Shown here: positions 44,310 through 60,125 of the stretch, piece after piece
How the letters are laid out: every line of letters starts with the position of its first letter
Position numbering within the stretch: the stretch's first letter is position 1
NCBI RefSeq assembly: GCF_009914755.1
Contig: NC_060935.1
Length of the DNA stretch: 64,000 nt
Source of the DNA: the human T2T-CHM13v2.0 reference genome, Homo sapiens
Strand: one strand, 5' to 3'
Position numbers and translations under genes: made by a program
Notes under the pieces: model-generated
Database searches by the model: none
What the model was told of the DNA's origin: nothing
The model's input: only the letters and a program-made list of their open reading frames with translations

Positions 44310-44760
44310 ACTTTAATTAATCATTCATCAGGTGAATAGTTATTGAGCAGCTACTATGTGTCAGGCATTTGTCTAGCTATGTAATAGCTCTGTAGCCTTG
44401 GGCAAGTTACTTAATATCTCTGGTCCTCAGTAGCATTCTCTGTAAAATGAGGATAATAAGAGTAGCTACTTCATGGAGTTACCATGAGAGTTAAATAAGG
44501 TAACCTTTGTAAAGTGTAGAAGGCTGTCTAGCATTCTGATAAGTGATCAGTAAACATTTAGCCCTTATTATCATTAATATCTTAAGAGCTATGAGAGAGG
44601 TATGTACACTGGTCTGCAGGAGGATAGAAAAGCAAATGACTGACTGTGACAGGGGTAGTCTGGGAACGCTTCCTGGAAGAGGAGGTTTAACGTGGGGCTT
44701 GGCAGATGAGTAGGAGTTTGCCATGTAGAGCTGAGAAAACAGCTAAAGGGAGTGCATATA
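44310..44760. mobile_element. L2 (minus) interrupted by MIR (plus, about 44380-44570)
   Basis: tattgagcagctactatgtgtcaggca; ccttgggcaagttacttaa...ctgtaaaatgaggataata. Confidence 0.7.
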
Positions 44761-45873
44761 TTCTAGGGAGAGTGTGTTGCTCTGTAATGGGAAAGGAGGA
44801 GTGTGTGGGGTGCGGGGAAAGGGTGAAAGCCGGAGAGAACAGAGTGGATGGATGGTAGGAAAGGCTGGAGGAAAACGCCTCCTGGTCCAGGCTGTGAACA
44901 GAGGGTCTCGTACTCAAACAGAGGACCTGGGAAACCATTAACAATGAGCCCCTGATTCCCAATCCTGTCCAGGGTTCTTTCCACCACTCCCCACAGGATT
45001 GCTCAGTAATCACAGGTACCATTACAGACCAGGGGGTATTTGTACATTGTTGCCATAAAAACTCGCAGGAAATGACTCATGGACTCTTGTCACCAGCAGG
45101 AATCAGGCCAGCGTATGTAATGAAAACTCTTGCGTTATCTTTTTAGAAGGATGTGACTGTATTTTATGAGTATGCAGCAGGGTCACCACACACCTTTTGC
45201 TCCTGGGCCCCTCCCCTGTGTGTAGCCCAGGCCCCGGTTTGTGCTCGAGGGCCAGACGGCCCTATGGTCCCCAGTTTCCTCCGTAGATCACACAGGGAGG
45301 CAGCGAGGCAGGGTGCAAGGGTGTTAGGGGTGGAAGGGGTGACACCGGGAGCAAAGACTGCTACCCCTTGGCCTGGATAAACCTGTCTGACATTCCCGAC
45401 CTCTGAAGTCATCCATCATGGCTGCGCTGGCTCAGACACTTCAAGGGCCACTTTGCCTGATACGGGCAGTTCCAGTCATAACCGATAAAGCAGAAGATGG
45501 TCCCTGGGGTGTGAAACTCTGTGCGAGTTGAAGAAAAAGCTTAAAAGAACTCTGGATTTGTCTGCTTACCTGACAATAGACTGCCGGCCCTACAACATTG
45601 AACATGTTTCTGAGCCTGGATTGCCAGTCGGGTTGTACCAATGGTTGCATTTGTTACCACAGCTGCACATGGAATGTGTGGGGTTTGCATGAGTGTGTGT
45701 GTTGGGCATTATATGTGAGCTTGAGTAAATCCAATTCACAGCAATGTCATATGGAGAAGAAAAAACTTTCCTTTTTAGCTGTCCTCATAGGAAGTTGTTA
45801 ATCCAGGTTTACTGAGTTCACTTTATAAATATATTTCTAAATAAAGACTTTTTTGTCTTTTTATGAAAAAACT

Positions 45874-45998
45874 AGGCCAGGTGGGATGGTTCACGCCTGT
45901 AACCCCAGCACTTTGGGAGGCTAAGCTGGGAGGAATGCTCAGGGCCAGGAGTTCGAAACCAAATTGGGCGACATAGTGAGACCTGGTCTCTACAGCAA

Positions 45999-45999
<1 letters not shown>
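45874..45999 (+). mobile_element. FLAM/Alu left monomer
   Basis: ggccaggtggg...cctggtctctaca, then tail replaced by (CA)n. Confidence 0.85.
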
Positions 46000-46034
<35 letters not shown>

Positions 46035-46520
46035 ATGCACACATACACCATACATACACATACAGTTAGTCACACATATACACACATACACACACCACAC
46101 ACACATACACACATAGATACACAAATACATATACACCACACACATACACACACGCCACACACCATACACTCATACATACACACATCACACATACATATAT
46201 ACAAATACATATATACACAAATACACACATACACACACATACTACACACACCACAAACCATACACACATTCATACATACCCCACACACACCATATACACA
46301 CATACACACACCACACACACGTACATACACATGCACTTATACACACATATACATGCATACATACCACACACATACATAACACCACACACACACTACACAC
46401 ATATCTATTTCTTTACATAGACACATATATATTTCTTTAAATATGTATATATAAATATATATTTCTGCCCCCATACTTATCTATATATTTCCATATATAT
46501 TTCTTTATATATATACTTTT
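46000..46520. repeat. Pure (CA)n followed by degenerate CA-rich and TA-rich low-complexity sequence
   Basis: Read directly from sequence. Confidence 0.92.
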
Positions 46521-46608
46521 TCTTTATAAGGAAAAGAAAAGGTTTCTTTGAAAAAAATGCCTGCTCATGATAAAAAATAACTCAAGTAGGGTAAGAAAAT
46601 ATAGGGTG

Positions 46609-46880
<272 letters not shown>

Positions 46881-47068
46881 CTAAGCCAAGCTAATTTAAA
46901 AAAAAAGGAAAGAAAATTTAGTGTGGAGGAAGTTTCTTTTCTCCACTCCCCCAGTTTTCCTTCCTAGAGGCAAGTACTCTCCCATTTCTTTTGTGACCTT
47001 CCTGAAAATCTCTGCATGTTTGTGGATGTGTGTTATGGATGCATGCACTGCCCCCTTTATTTTCTTAA

Positions 47069-47533
<465 letters not shown>

Positions 47534-48029
47534 CTATAGCACAATTTCTTTAGCTTAGCTTATTTCCAGTCTATTGCCATTTTAAACAGTGCTGCAGTGC
47601 ATTTCCTTAACCACACTTGTTTGTATACGTGTGAAATTGTGAGACAAAGGGTATGTGTGCTACATTTAAAAATTATAGGCATTGTCAGATTCTCCTCCCT
47701 GGAGTGGATACTCCCACCAATAGTGCAAGGGAGTACCAAGAAGAGCCCTTCTTTAAAAAGAGAGTGCAGTAAGATGTTGCCTACTTAGATTTCCCGGGCT
47801 TTGCTGAGTGGGCATTGATAGACACCCTCTGAGTCCTGCAGCCTGGACTAGGTGACCTTGAATGGGGCCACTGGGTGAAGAGCAGTGCAGCAGTGAAGTG
47901 GCAGGGATTACTGCCATCCTTGTAACAACAACAGTTTTATTACCACCACCAAACATTTGCGTGGTGCTTTACAGCTCACAACACAGTTCCATATACATCG
48001 TTTCATTAAGAGGTTTACTTTGTCAGTCC

Positions 48030-48320
48030 CCATTTCTCACTCCTATAACCCCAGCACTTTGGGAGGCCTAGGTGGGTGGGTCCCTTGAGCCCAGGAATTC
48101 GAGACCAGCCCGGGCAATATGGCAATACCCCGTCTATACAAAAAATAGAAAAATTAGCCGGGTGTGATGGTGCATGCCTGTAGTCTCAACTACTGGGGAG
48201 TCTGAGTGGGGAGGCTGACTTGAGCCTGGGAGGTCAAGGCAGCAATAAGCCGTGATTGTGCCACAGCACTCCAGCCTGGGTGAAGAGCAAGACCCCATCT
48301 CAAAAAAATAAAAATAAAAA
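48030..48320 (+). mobile_element. AluJ
   Basis: Diverged sense Alu dimer. Confidence 0.88.
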
Positions 48321-49626
48321 AGTTTGCTGTATCAGTAAAAGTGAATGTTCTTTAAGAGAAGAACACCTATAAGTGTATCAAATCAAATGCACTTATATTT
48401 CTCTTGAAAATTTCATCAAATAATGGGAGACTTTAGGGCCCTGGCCCATGGAGGATCTGTCCTATTAGTGCTGAACAGGGACCTGGCCTGGCTAACTTGT
48501 TCTCTTTATGATTCAGTTCAAGCAGACACCACCTCCTCCTGGGAGCCTTCCCTGACCATCTCCTCCCCATTGCCTCCTCTTATTCCATCCCCAATCTGGG
48601 TTTGGTGCCCCAGTGGGCTCCTAGATTCTCTGGTCCTATTGCTATCTTGCTGATCAGTGCCCCACATTGATGGCTTTGTCTCTTTTGACGGTGAGCTCCC
48701 TAAGGACAGGGAGCATGCCTGGTTCATCCCCGCGTCTCAAGTCCCCAGCACAGGGCTTGGCACAGGGAAGATGCACAGGGATAGAGGAGCGAACTCTGTG
48801 GCTCAAAGGGCTTCTTTCTGGAGCTTTACTATGTGAGCCCCGGTGTTTCCAAGCTTTGATGGTGGGTTTGAGGAAGACAAAACCAGACAATCCTTTCATT
48901 TCCTTATTTAAGCATCTGTCCAAGTTTGCATCCGAGCATTCCTTCCCTGCAGGGTGGGGATGGTGGCCACAGCCCTGTCTGGCCCTTGACTAGCATCTGG
49001 CTGCCCGTGGAGCTTTCAAAAGAGACGGGAAGTTAGCCAATAGGCTTGTGAAGCTGGAAGACTGAGCCTCCCTTTTCTTGGAGAAAAAAAGAAAACCCTC
49101 TTGCAGCTCCTGGCCCACCCAGGGTTGTACAAGGCCCTAGGGAGTCTCTGGCCAGGATTATCCAAATAAATGTGTATCTCTGGGCAGGGAGAAAGGAAAC
49201 CATGAAGCAGTTTAACGCTCTCCTTCCCAGACTAAAAGGTAAACCCTGGCTTCCCTCTTCCTTGCTCACTGGAGACTCTTGTTCTGCTTTGTTTTTTTCC
49301 CACAATTAAAAATATCTTGGCAATCAGTGTATTCCTTGACCAGATAATTGTCCCACTTGATGTGAATGTATCTGTCTATCTCCTACTCAACAGGGTGGAG
49401 TACCAGGTTCAGTTCAGCCTCCTGCCACAGGGAAGGTCCTGGGCAGTTCACTGAGCCTGATTCTCAGGTTGTTCTCCTGCGCTGAATTTGTAAGAGTGCA
49501 TTCAGCTGCAGGTAATTGAGATGCTGACCAGAGGCGAAAACAAATAGGGGCTTATGTTTTTAAGGAGAAGTGAGGAGAGAGGCAGTGGCTGGAGGTTCAG
49601 TAGCTATATTCTCTGATTCTCTAGGC

Positions 49627-49925
49627 CAGTGCCGCCCAAAAGAAATATAATGTAAGCCCATATATAATGTTAAACTTTCTATTAGCCACATTTTAGAAAT
49701 ATAAAGACGTGTTGAAATTGTAATAATATATTTTATTTAACCTAATATATCCACACTATTTCAACATGTAGTAAATATAAAAAATGATTACTGAGATATT
49801 TTGCTTTTTGTATATTACATTTTTGAAATACTGTGTATTTTACAGCTCATCTCAGTTAAGTCTAGCCACACATCAAGTGCTTACTAGCCACATGTGGCTA
49901 GCGGCTGTCAAATTGGACTGTGCAG
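49627..49925. mobile_element. MER33 (hAT-Charlie) within an MLT1-like relic
   Basis: agaaatataatg...tagccacatt...tattttatttaacctaatatatcc...tagccacatgtggctag...ttggac. Confidence 0.8.
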
Positions 49926-50421
49926 TTTTCCTCATGCTTGTCACCTTGTAGTCACAAGGTGGCTGCTGCAGCTCCAGCCATCACATTTGCTTTCAAAGCA
50001 GGAAGAAGGTAGATGGGGTTGCTCTAGCTACATACATCTCTTTATCACGCAGGCAAAAGTGTTCCCAGAAACTCTGCTAAAATGTAAGCTCCATGGGCAC
50101 AGGAATTTTTGCCTATATGTTCTCGGCTGATTCCCCAGCACCTAGGAAAATGCCTGACACATAACATGTATTTGTCTCAGGTTGAGTTCTTCAAATGCAG
50201 ATGCTTAGTAGGTGTTTGGAGTGCAGGGTGTTCATCAGCAGTCAACACCTGTGAAAGGAATGGGGAAGACGATGATTGAGCTGAGGAAGAAGTCAAATTG
50301 TGTACAAGAGAATCAAATGTCTGCAGGTTCAAGCAATTAGGTCTCTTCCTACTTGGCCTTTCAGTAAATGAGTTTTGCAAGAAACAAGGTGGGAGACATC
50401 ATGGTTCTCAGTTGATATTAG

Positions 50422-50745
50422 TGTTGTAGGACTTTCTCCTCAGTTCAGGTAAAAGCAGGGTTCTTGTCACATGGCCATGAAAGATTAGGCTCAAAGACAC
50501 TTTGAAGGGTGAGAAAAATGGAATGTATTGGGTGAAAAGGAAGAAAAAAAAACTCAGCAAACTGAGAGAGGCTCCTATTAACAGGCCCCCATCTCACACA
50601 TTGAATCCCAGGTACCACCCAGAACAGGAGAGGTCAGTCTCCTCCCCCTGCTAATGGTGCAAACTTCCCGAGGCCCCGCCCCATCCTCCCAGTGCACAGG
50701 CAGGTCAGAGGTTCTCTGGAGATCTCTTTATACTTGGCTGTCTCC
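50422..50745 (-). mobile_element. ERV1 solo LTR (MER48/LTR21/MER61-like group)
   Basis: Termini tgttgtaggactttc... and ...cttggctgtctc, 4-bp TSD ttag (50418-50421 / 50746-50749). Confidence 0.75.
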
Positions 50746-51374
50746 TTAGGATGGTCAGCCATAAGCTACCAGCTCTCCATGTAACATGTACTAACATATA
50801 TCCCGATACAAATATTGAAATATATAACATACATAGTTATAGAAATATATACTTAAGAGAAGTTGTAAATATAGTATATACATATATTTTTATGTATTAT
50901 AATTATATTACATTAAAAAGTTACTCATTTCAAACTTCTATGCAGCTTCTTAGAAAGATAAACCGAGTCTATTATAATTTCAGAGGCTGCTCAGAGCCTT
51001 TGGCTCTATGTGACAGATTTCACTGCAACCTGGCGTATTCTACACCTCCTGCTATCGGTCTTACAGTCTTAAGAGATGTAAATACAGGGTAGCGAGCTAT
51101 ACCAAAGGGTGGTCTATGGGAAATCTGCAGTGGAAAGATTTTATTCTCAGGACCCTTTCTGCAGGGGACAGCTGTCAAAATCTGAGGAATATATAGGGGG
51201 AGATGTTTTTTAAGTTCAAATCTACAAGACTTAAGTCCAGGGGAAGTTTCATGTCCCCTTCCAGCCAAGGAGAACATGCTCATGTTTACTTGCAGCTGCC
51301 TGTTGCTCCTCTCTAGCTTTAAGAGAATGAGCTCTTGCATTTACTCTTTGCCCCTGGCATTCCCAATGTGTCTT

Positions 51375-52620
51375 TTTAAATTGTGGTAAAATATGTTTAA
51401 CAAATTTGTCATCTCAACCATTTCTAGGTGTACAATTAATTCAGCGGCATTAATTACATTCTGGATGACGTACAACCATCACCGCTTCCTGTTTCCAAGA
51501 TTTTTCCTCACTCCAAATAGAAACTTTGTGACCATTATGCAAAAACTCCCTGTTCCCTTCTTCCCTCAGCCCCTGCTACCCTCTCATCTTTTTGTTTGTG
51601 TAAATTTGTTTGTAATATTTCATGTAAGTGGAATCATATTGTCTTTGTCTTTTTGTGTTTGGTTTATTTCACTTAGCATAATATTTTTGAGGTTTGTCCA
51701 CATGGTAGCATGTGTTGGAATTTCATTCTTTTCTTTTTCAATCTTAAAAATATATTTAACCAAATATATCCAAATTATTATTATTTCAGCATGTAATCAC
51801 TGTGAAATTATTTAAAGCTATTTTACATTTTTTCGTACTGAGTTTTTGAAATCTGGTGTGTGTTTTATAGAGCATCTCAATTCAGATGCTAAATTTTAGT
51901 CAGAAATACTTAATCTGTATTTAAATTTTATAAAACTTACAGTTGAAAAAAGTAGATTTACATATCCAAGTTATTCCAGTCATAATTAAAACTTTTCCAG
52001 TAACTGAATTGAGTTTGAGGTTTTTTCAAGCAAAATGTGGTAAAATATACATAACATAAAATTTTAACCATTTTAAAATGTATAATTTGGTATCATGAAG
52101 TACATTTACATTGTGGTACACCCATTACTATCATTCATCTCCAGAAGGTTTTCCATCTTGCAAAAATGAAACTCTGTACCCATAATCAGTCACTCCCCTC
52201 TCCTCCCCACCCCCACCCCCAGCCCCTGCCTACCACCATTCTACTTTCTGTCTCTAGAGTTTAACTATTAGGTACCTCGTTTAAGTGGAATTATACAGTA
52301 TTTGTGGCTGGCTTATTCACTTGGCCTGATGTCCTCAAGGTTCATCTGTGACATATGCCAGAATTTCCTTCTTTTTAGGACTGAATAATATTCTATCCTA
52401 TGTATGTACTGCATATGTTTATCCATTCATCCAGTGAGGAACCCTTGTTTTTTTTTTTCTGCTTTTTGGCTAAGATGAATAATGTGGTGATGAACACTGA
52501 CGTGCAAGTATCAGTTTGAGTCTTTGTTTTCAGTTATTTTAGGTATATACCAGGAGTGGAATTGCTGAGTCATATGCTAATTCAACTTTTTGAGGAACCA
52601 CCAAACTGTTTCCATTTACC
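51375..52620 (-). mobile_element. L1M/L1MB 3' fragments with an intervening Charlie5-like segment (about 51750-52015)
   Basis: L1MB 3'UTR antisense motifs occur twice; MER33/Charlie5-like tttaaccaaatatatcc...catctcaattcagatgctaaattt. Confidence 0.7.
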
Positions 52621-52690
52621 CTTATATTTTAAATTGCCATCCCTGAGTTAAACTTTTCGCAATTATTAATTCATTCAAAAAATCATTTTC

Positions 52691-52985
<295 letters not shown>

Positions 52986-53047
52986 TCATTTTAAGTGCCT
53001 GCTACATGCCAGGTGCTAGGGACATAGCAGTAAAGAAAACAGACAAA

Positions 53048-53381
<334 letters not shown>

Positions 53382-54334
53382 TTATCAGTGAGAGAGAGAG
53401 AGAAAGAGAGAGACAATAAACAAATGTGTGGGGAGTCTGTGTGTGTGTGTGTGTGTATGTCAGGTGTGTGTATATCCTAGGTAGAAGATACAGCAGGGCA
53501 GGGAGAGGAGAGTAGGTTGCTGTTTGATATAGGATGTCCTGGGAAGGCTTCTAGAAGATGGTGACATTTGAGCAGAGACCTAAAGGAGCAAGGTGATGAG
53601 TGTGCAGTTCTTAGAGGGGAGTGAATGCTAGGCAAAGGAGCAGCAGGTACAGAGGTGCTGACACAAGTGTGCTCAGGATGTTGTGGAAACAGCAAGGAGA
53701 CCTATGTAGCTGGAAGGAGCCAGGCTGGGGGTGGTAAGAGATGGGCCAGAGAGAGAGTGGGGTTGGGCCTTGGAACTCTTGAAAGGACTTGGGCTTTTAC
53801 TCTGCATGAGATGCAAAGCCACAGGAGGCTTTGAGTGGAAAGTGACATGACTTCCTCAGGTAAGGAACTGTGAAATCTTGGGGATGAAAAACGTAAAGGA
53901 AGACTAGGGTCTCTCCTATCTGTGAGTCACAACCATCTCAGGCCTAAGGAATGTATTACATCCTGTGCTCATCATGTCTTAGAGGAGCTGCTCACTCTCT
54001 CACCACAAACCAGCAGATCAGGGACAGGCTGAAACCAGCCTCACTGCGAAGGTTAGGGCAGATTTGGCCATTCTGATTTAAAGTCTTTTTGGAAGAAAAA
54101 ACCTTCCTGAATACCCATGACACTTAACACTACCCATGACTTATTGTGTGATCTTGTATCTTGGAGCCTCTGATTCTTCACCTATGAAATGAGAGTAATA
54201 ATAATGATAGTTGTTATCTCATAGGGCTGGGGTAAAGGCTATGTGAGAAAACACATGTAAAACATATTAAGTGCCCAGCAACCGTTAATCGCCTCCTTCT
54301 ACTTCTTGAACTATCCCCTTGCCTTTTGTGACAC

Positions 54335-55545
54335 AACTTTTTTTAACATAAAATTGGCCATTTTAACCATCTTTAAGTGCACAGTTCAGTGGCAATACAT
54401 TTTTGTGCAGCCATCACCAACATTCATCCCCAGAACTTTTTTCATCTTGTAAAACTGAAACTCTACCCATTCAACAATAGCTGACAATTCTCCCCTCCCC
54501 TCAGCCTTTGGCAACCACCATTCTTTCTGTCTCTATGAATTTGATTACCGAAGTATCTCATATGAGTGGAATAATATAGTATTTGTCCTTTTGTGACTGT
54601 CTTATTTCCCTTAGCATAATGTCTTCAAGGTTCATCCATGTCGTAATGTATGTCTGAATTTCCTTCTTTTTTATGGCTGAATAATATTCCATTGTATATA
54701 TAGACCACATTTTTGTATCTGTTCACTCATCAATGGACACAGGTTACTACTAACTTTCGGCTATTGTGAATAATGCCACTATGGATATACGTATCTATTT
54801 CTTCATGATCTATGGATATACGTATCTATTTCTTCATGATCATGCTTTAATTCTTTTGGGTATGTGGTATACCCAGAAGTGAAATTACTGGGTCAAATGG
54901 TAATTCTATTTTTACTTTTTTGAGGAACTGTCCTATTGTTTTCAAGTAGTTGTACCATTTTATATTCCTACTAACAATGTCCAAGGGTTGAATTTTCTCC
55001 ACATCCTCATCATACTTATTTTTTGTTTTTTATAGTAGGCATCCTAATGGGTGTGAGGTGGCATCTCATGATTTTGATTGGGATTTCCCTAATGATTAGT
55101 GATGTTGAGCATCTTTTCCTGTGCTTATTGTCCACTCATAAGTCTCCTTTAGAGAAATGTTTATTCCAGTCCTTTGCCCATTTTCGAATCAGGTTTTTTG
55201 TTTTGTTTTTATTGACTTTTAAGAGTTCTCTGTATATTCTGGATACTAACTCTTTGCCAGATATGGGATTTGGAAATATTTTCTCTCATTCTATGGGTTA
55301 TCTTTCTATTGTGTTGATAGTGTTCTTTGTTGCACAAAAGTTTTAAATTTTGATGAAGTCAAATTTGTCTATTTTTCCATTTGTTTCCTGTGGCTTTGGT
55401 GTCATATCCAAGAAATCCTGACCAAATTACTGTCATGAAGCTTTTGCCCTACATTTTCTTCTAGGAGTTTTTAGTTTCAGCTCTTTCAATTAGGTCTTTC
55501 ATCCATTTTGATTAATTTTTGTATATGGGGTGAGGTACAGGTATG
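54335..55545 (-). mobile_element. L1MB 3' fragment
   Basis: Antisense L1 3'UTR/ORF2 end (tccctaatgattagtgatgttgagcatcttttc etc.). Confidence 0.88.
54779..54840. repeat. Perfect 31-bp tandem duplication
   Basis: ctatggatatacgtatctatttcttcatgat x2. Confidence 0.96.
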
Positions 55546-55774
55546 GCACAACTTTTCTGATTAATTTTTAAGAGTCTTATGCTTTATTTTTCTTTTCTGT
55601 AGTACATATTTGATGTCTGAGGTTTGTCTCCAACTCCTTTTGTTTCTGTGAGGCCTGCTTTCTCAGGAAATCTCAGTTATATTTGCCTGTCACCCTCATG
55701 AAGATGACTCTCCACATTTCTATTTCTGGCCTGTACCTCTCTCTTGAGCCCCATGACCCCATTGAAGTAATCTG

Positions 55775-56105
55775 ATATTGTGAAATATATATATTTGGTC
55801 TTCTCCCCTTGGAATCTCCAGGGTGATAAGAGTGTCTTTTGCATGCTGATAAGATGCTTGGTGGCTGGCAGCCCATAGGCAGCTTCAGGATGAAGGCTGC
55901 TGCCTGAAAGGCCAAGCCAGTTTCCAGGGAGGAGAGAAGGGCTGAAGGTTAATTCGCTCATCAATGGCCAATGATTTCATCAACTGTGCCTACATGATGA
56001 AGCTGCCATAAAGACCCAAAAGGACTGGGTTCAGGGATCTTCCACTAGCTGAACACGTGGCAGTGACTGAAGGGAGGTGTGCTCAGAGAAGACATGGAAG
56101 CTGCT
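55775..56105 (+). mobile_element. MER21-type LTR, 5' part
   Basis: gataagagtgtcttttgcatgctgata...cagcttcaggatg...caatggccaatgattt. Confidence 0.7.
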
Positions 56106-56943
<838 letters not shown>

Positions 56944-58783
56944 TGACTGCCCAAATTCAAAACTCCCACTGCCTGTGGATTAAAGTTCCAGCTCCAGCCT
57001 GGCCCAGTGACCTGTCTGATCAGCCCAGCTCCTGCCTCACCAACCTGTTTCCCACAACTCCCTTCTCACAGGCCGCCTTCTTGGCAGGCTCCTCCCCTAG
57101 TTCTCAGCCTCTCCTCCACCTGCCTCTGCCCAGCACTGTAGGCACTTTCCGTGTTCAGTCTGCTGAAATCCTGTCCTTGGAGATCCTCCACCTTTGCAGC
57201 TCCAGCAGCCTCCACCTCCTCGTACCTCTCACCTTCTCCCCAGCAGCCCAGCCCAGAGCCGCACCTAGGAGTTTTCCACTGCCCAAAACTGTCCCACCTA
57301 AACTCCCACTGGAAATGCTCCTCTCTAACCATGACTTGGAGCTGCTGCTTCTCTTACCATGTCATTCTCATGAGACCTGCTGCAAATCCACCTTCCCATC
57401 CTTAGCCAATGCCTGCCTGTCCTCCCGATCCACCTGCCTCCCAAGGGCTTCCTTCTTTTGCCCATCTGGGAGCCCACATTGTGCCTTTGCAATCGTGTTC
57501 AGCAGCTGCTCAGTGCTCCTGACTTCAGGCTGGCCCCACCCAAAGAGACTCTAGTGTCTCTAATTCTGCGTCCTGCTCTCGAGGGCTGCCTGGCACTGTT
57601 AGAGAGAGCTGCAGAGCCCAGCTGGTTGGTGTTGTTACCAAGTTATGATAACTTAATGCTGAGCCTCTCAGTGCTGCTGGGACAGCCTTTTCAGAAAATC
57701 TAGCCAGTTTCCTGTCTGTATCAATTCCCACAGCAGCTGTTCCCATCCTTTACCTCCTTCTCTGTTTCTTCAGCCCCTTCCCTTTAAGCAGCCATCTGAC
57801 TTCTCATGAAAATCAATATTATCAGCTCTGTTTCGTCTTCTGTTCTCCACCAAATTTCTGGGGAAAGTAACTCTGTACTCCTTGCTCCCATATCTTCACC
57901 TTCCCCTTATCCCCTAACACACTGAAATCAGGGTTCATTCCCCTGTGCTAGTAGAAATGCTTTTTTCAGGGCCACTAGAGGCCTTGGGGTTAGCAAAGAC
58001 CGTGACTACCTTGTATTGTCTACTTGGCCTTTTTCAGACATCAGATGTGGTGGGTTGCCATCTCCTTGAAGTCTCTTCTCCTTGAAGAGACACCTTGAGG
58101 GAGGGGAGAATGAGGGTTATACGCCTTTGTGAGGAATTGTAAATCTGAGTTTTAAGAGGTCCAGACTCTTGCAGTGTTTATATATATGTGTATATATATA
58201 TATATATATTTTTTTTTTGGCAGGAAGGTTTCCCATGAAGGGCATACCACTGGCCTTTCTTCTGGTGCTGCTGCACACGGCCACAGGTGTGGGTGACACT
58301 GATTTATGATCTCTTGTGCTGAAGGAAACTTCTGTATTTTTTGCCTCCCACATTGATTCTGAAGCTCCTGTTCATACCGAATGACTTATCCCTTGTTAGG
58401 GTTTAATAACATCACAATAGTATAAAGCTTTTCTGTTTACAGAGGAATTTTGCATTGAGTATCTCATTTGATTTGCACAATAACTCTGTGGGGTAATAAG
58501 GGCTGGGATTATTATCCCCACTTTACAGATGAGGAAACTGAGGCTTCACTGGGTTAAGGGACTTGCCTAGAATTTCCTGGGGATAAATGGAAGAATGTGA
58601 CAGTGTTCAAAACCAACAGTCCTAGACTTTAGTATCTAGTTGCTCAACCTTTGAGGACTTCAGTGGAGAAAATGGGAAAGATATGAGATATATTGTATTT
58701 TCAAGTACACTATTTCTTCAACAGTTGATCTTGGGTGATAAGGATACAGAGAGGGCTCAGAAATTATTCTTGCCTTTATTTTC

Positions 58784-59105
58784 CTTCTTTTTTTTTTTTT
58801 TTTTTTTGAGATGGAGTTTTGCTCTTTTGCTGAGGCTGGAGTGAAATGGCGTGATCTCAGCTCACTGGAATCTCCGCCCCGCCACACCCCACCCCTGGGG
58901 GTTCAAGCGATTCTCCTGCCTCAGCCTCCCAAATAGCTGGGATTATAGGCGCCTGCCACCATGCCTGGATAATTTTTCTATTTTTAGTAGAGACAGGGTT
59001 TTGCTATGTTGGCCAGAATGGTCTCAAACTCCTGACCTCAGGTGGTCCACCCACCTTGGCCTCCCAAAGCGCTAGGATTACAGGCATGAGCCACCGTGCC
59101 CGGCC
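58784..59105 (-). mobile_element. AluSx-like with internal C-rich expansion
   Basis: TSD tattcttgcctttattttc / tattcttacatttattttc. Confidence 0.92.
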
Positions 59106-59712
59106 TATTCTTACATTTATTTTCAAAAGAAATTCTGTCAGAAATATTTAAGGAGGGCAACAGCATTATTTTATATTTATGAATGTCTGGTTTTAGAATT
59201 TCACCTTTGTTTATTAGAAATTCTCGATTAAAGTCCTGGTACTATGAATCTGATGGATTTAGTAGTTTTCAATTTGCGGTTAAGGATGGCATTTGTAGCC
59301 TTATATCAGCTTCAATGTCTAATTTATTTTGTTTTGTTTACGTGAACTCAAAATCCATCCAGCCAAGAAGAGAATTTCAAGTAAAATGGTTTTTTTAACA
59401 GCTTACTTTACAGTCTCTTCAATTACAATAATCTGTAAACTTGAACATGAAGTAGGTAGATGTGTTTAACTTGCTTTAAGATTCAACCTTGAAACCAAAC
59501 TTTTCTGCTTTGTAAGATCAAGGCAGCATCACCCACTTTAAAGAAAAGCTGTCAGTAGGACATGAGTTAGCTTAACAGGGGCCTGCAACATTAAAACATT
59601 CAATAAATCGCAACTGCTATTATTTTGTCCTACAGGTTTAAGGAAAAGTTGACAACTGTCCCCCATGCTGGGGATTCATGGTAGTGCTAGTCTGGTACAC
59701 GGATTTTTAATT

Positions 59713-60125
59713 TCCTGGGGTCTGTGAACTTGAATGAAGAAAAAACCCTTTATTTTTACTAACCTCTAACTGAAATGTAATATATTCCCCAATTACAGGG
59801 ACACTGTAGGCAACAAATCCATCTTAGGAGTGCCTGTGACTTCATCACTAATAGAAATCACAAATATTTTCATTCCTTCTTGCAGTGGTTGCAGATATCT
59901 CAAGCTAGGATTTACACTTACAACTAGAAATTATTATAAGTGAATAATTATTGAAATTATTGTAAGGTGTTAGACCTACAACTAGATCTTGTTACTTACT
60001 ATTAGCTATGCTAGATCTGTTAATGTTTTGTTTTATGATTTAAAGAAAATATTCTGAGAAGGTGTCCATAGGTTTTATCAAGTTACTGAGATGGTTTGTG
60101 GCATAAAAATGGTTAAGGACCCCTG
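59713..60125 (-). mobile_element. Charlie4-type hAT fossil
   Basis: attctgagaaggtgtccatagg...aaaaatggttaaggacccctg terminus. Confidence 0.65.
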
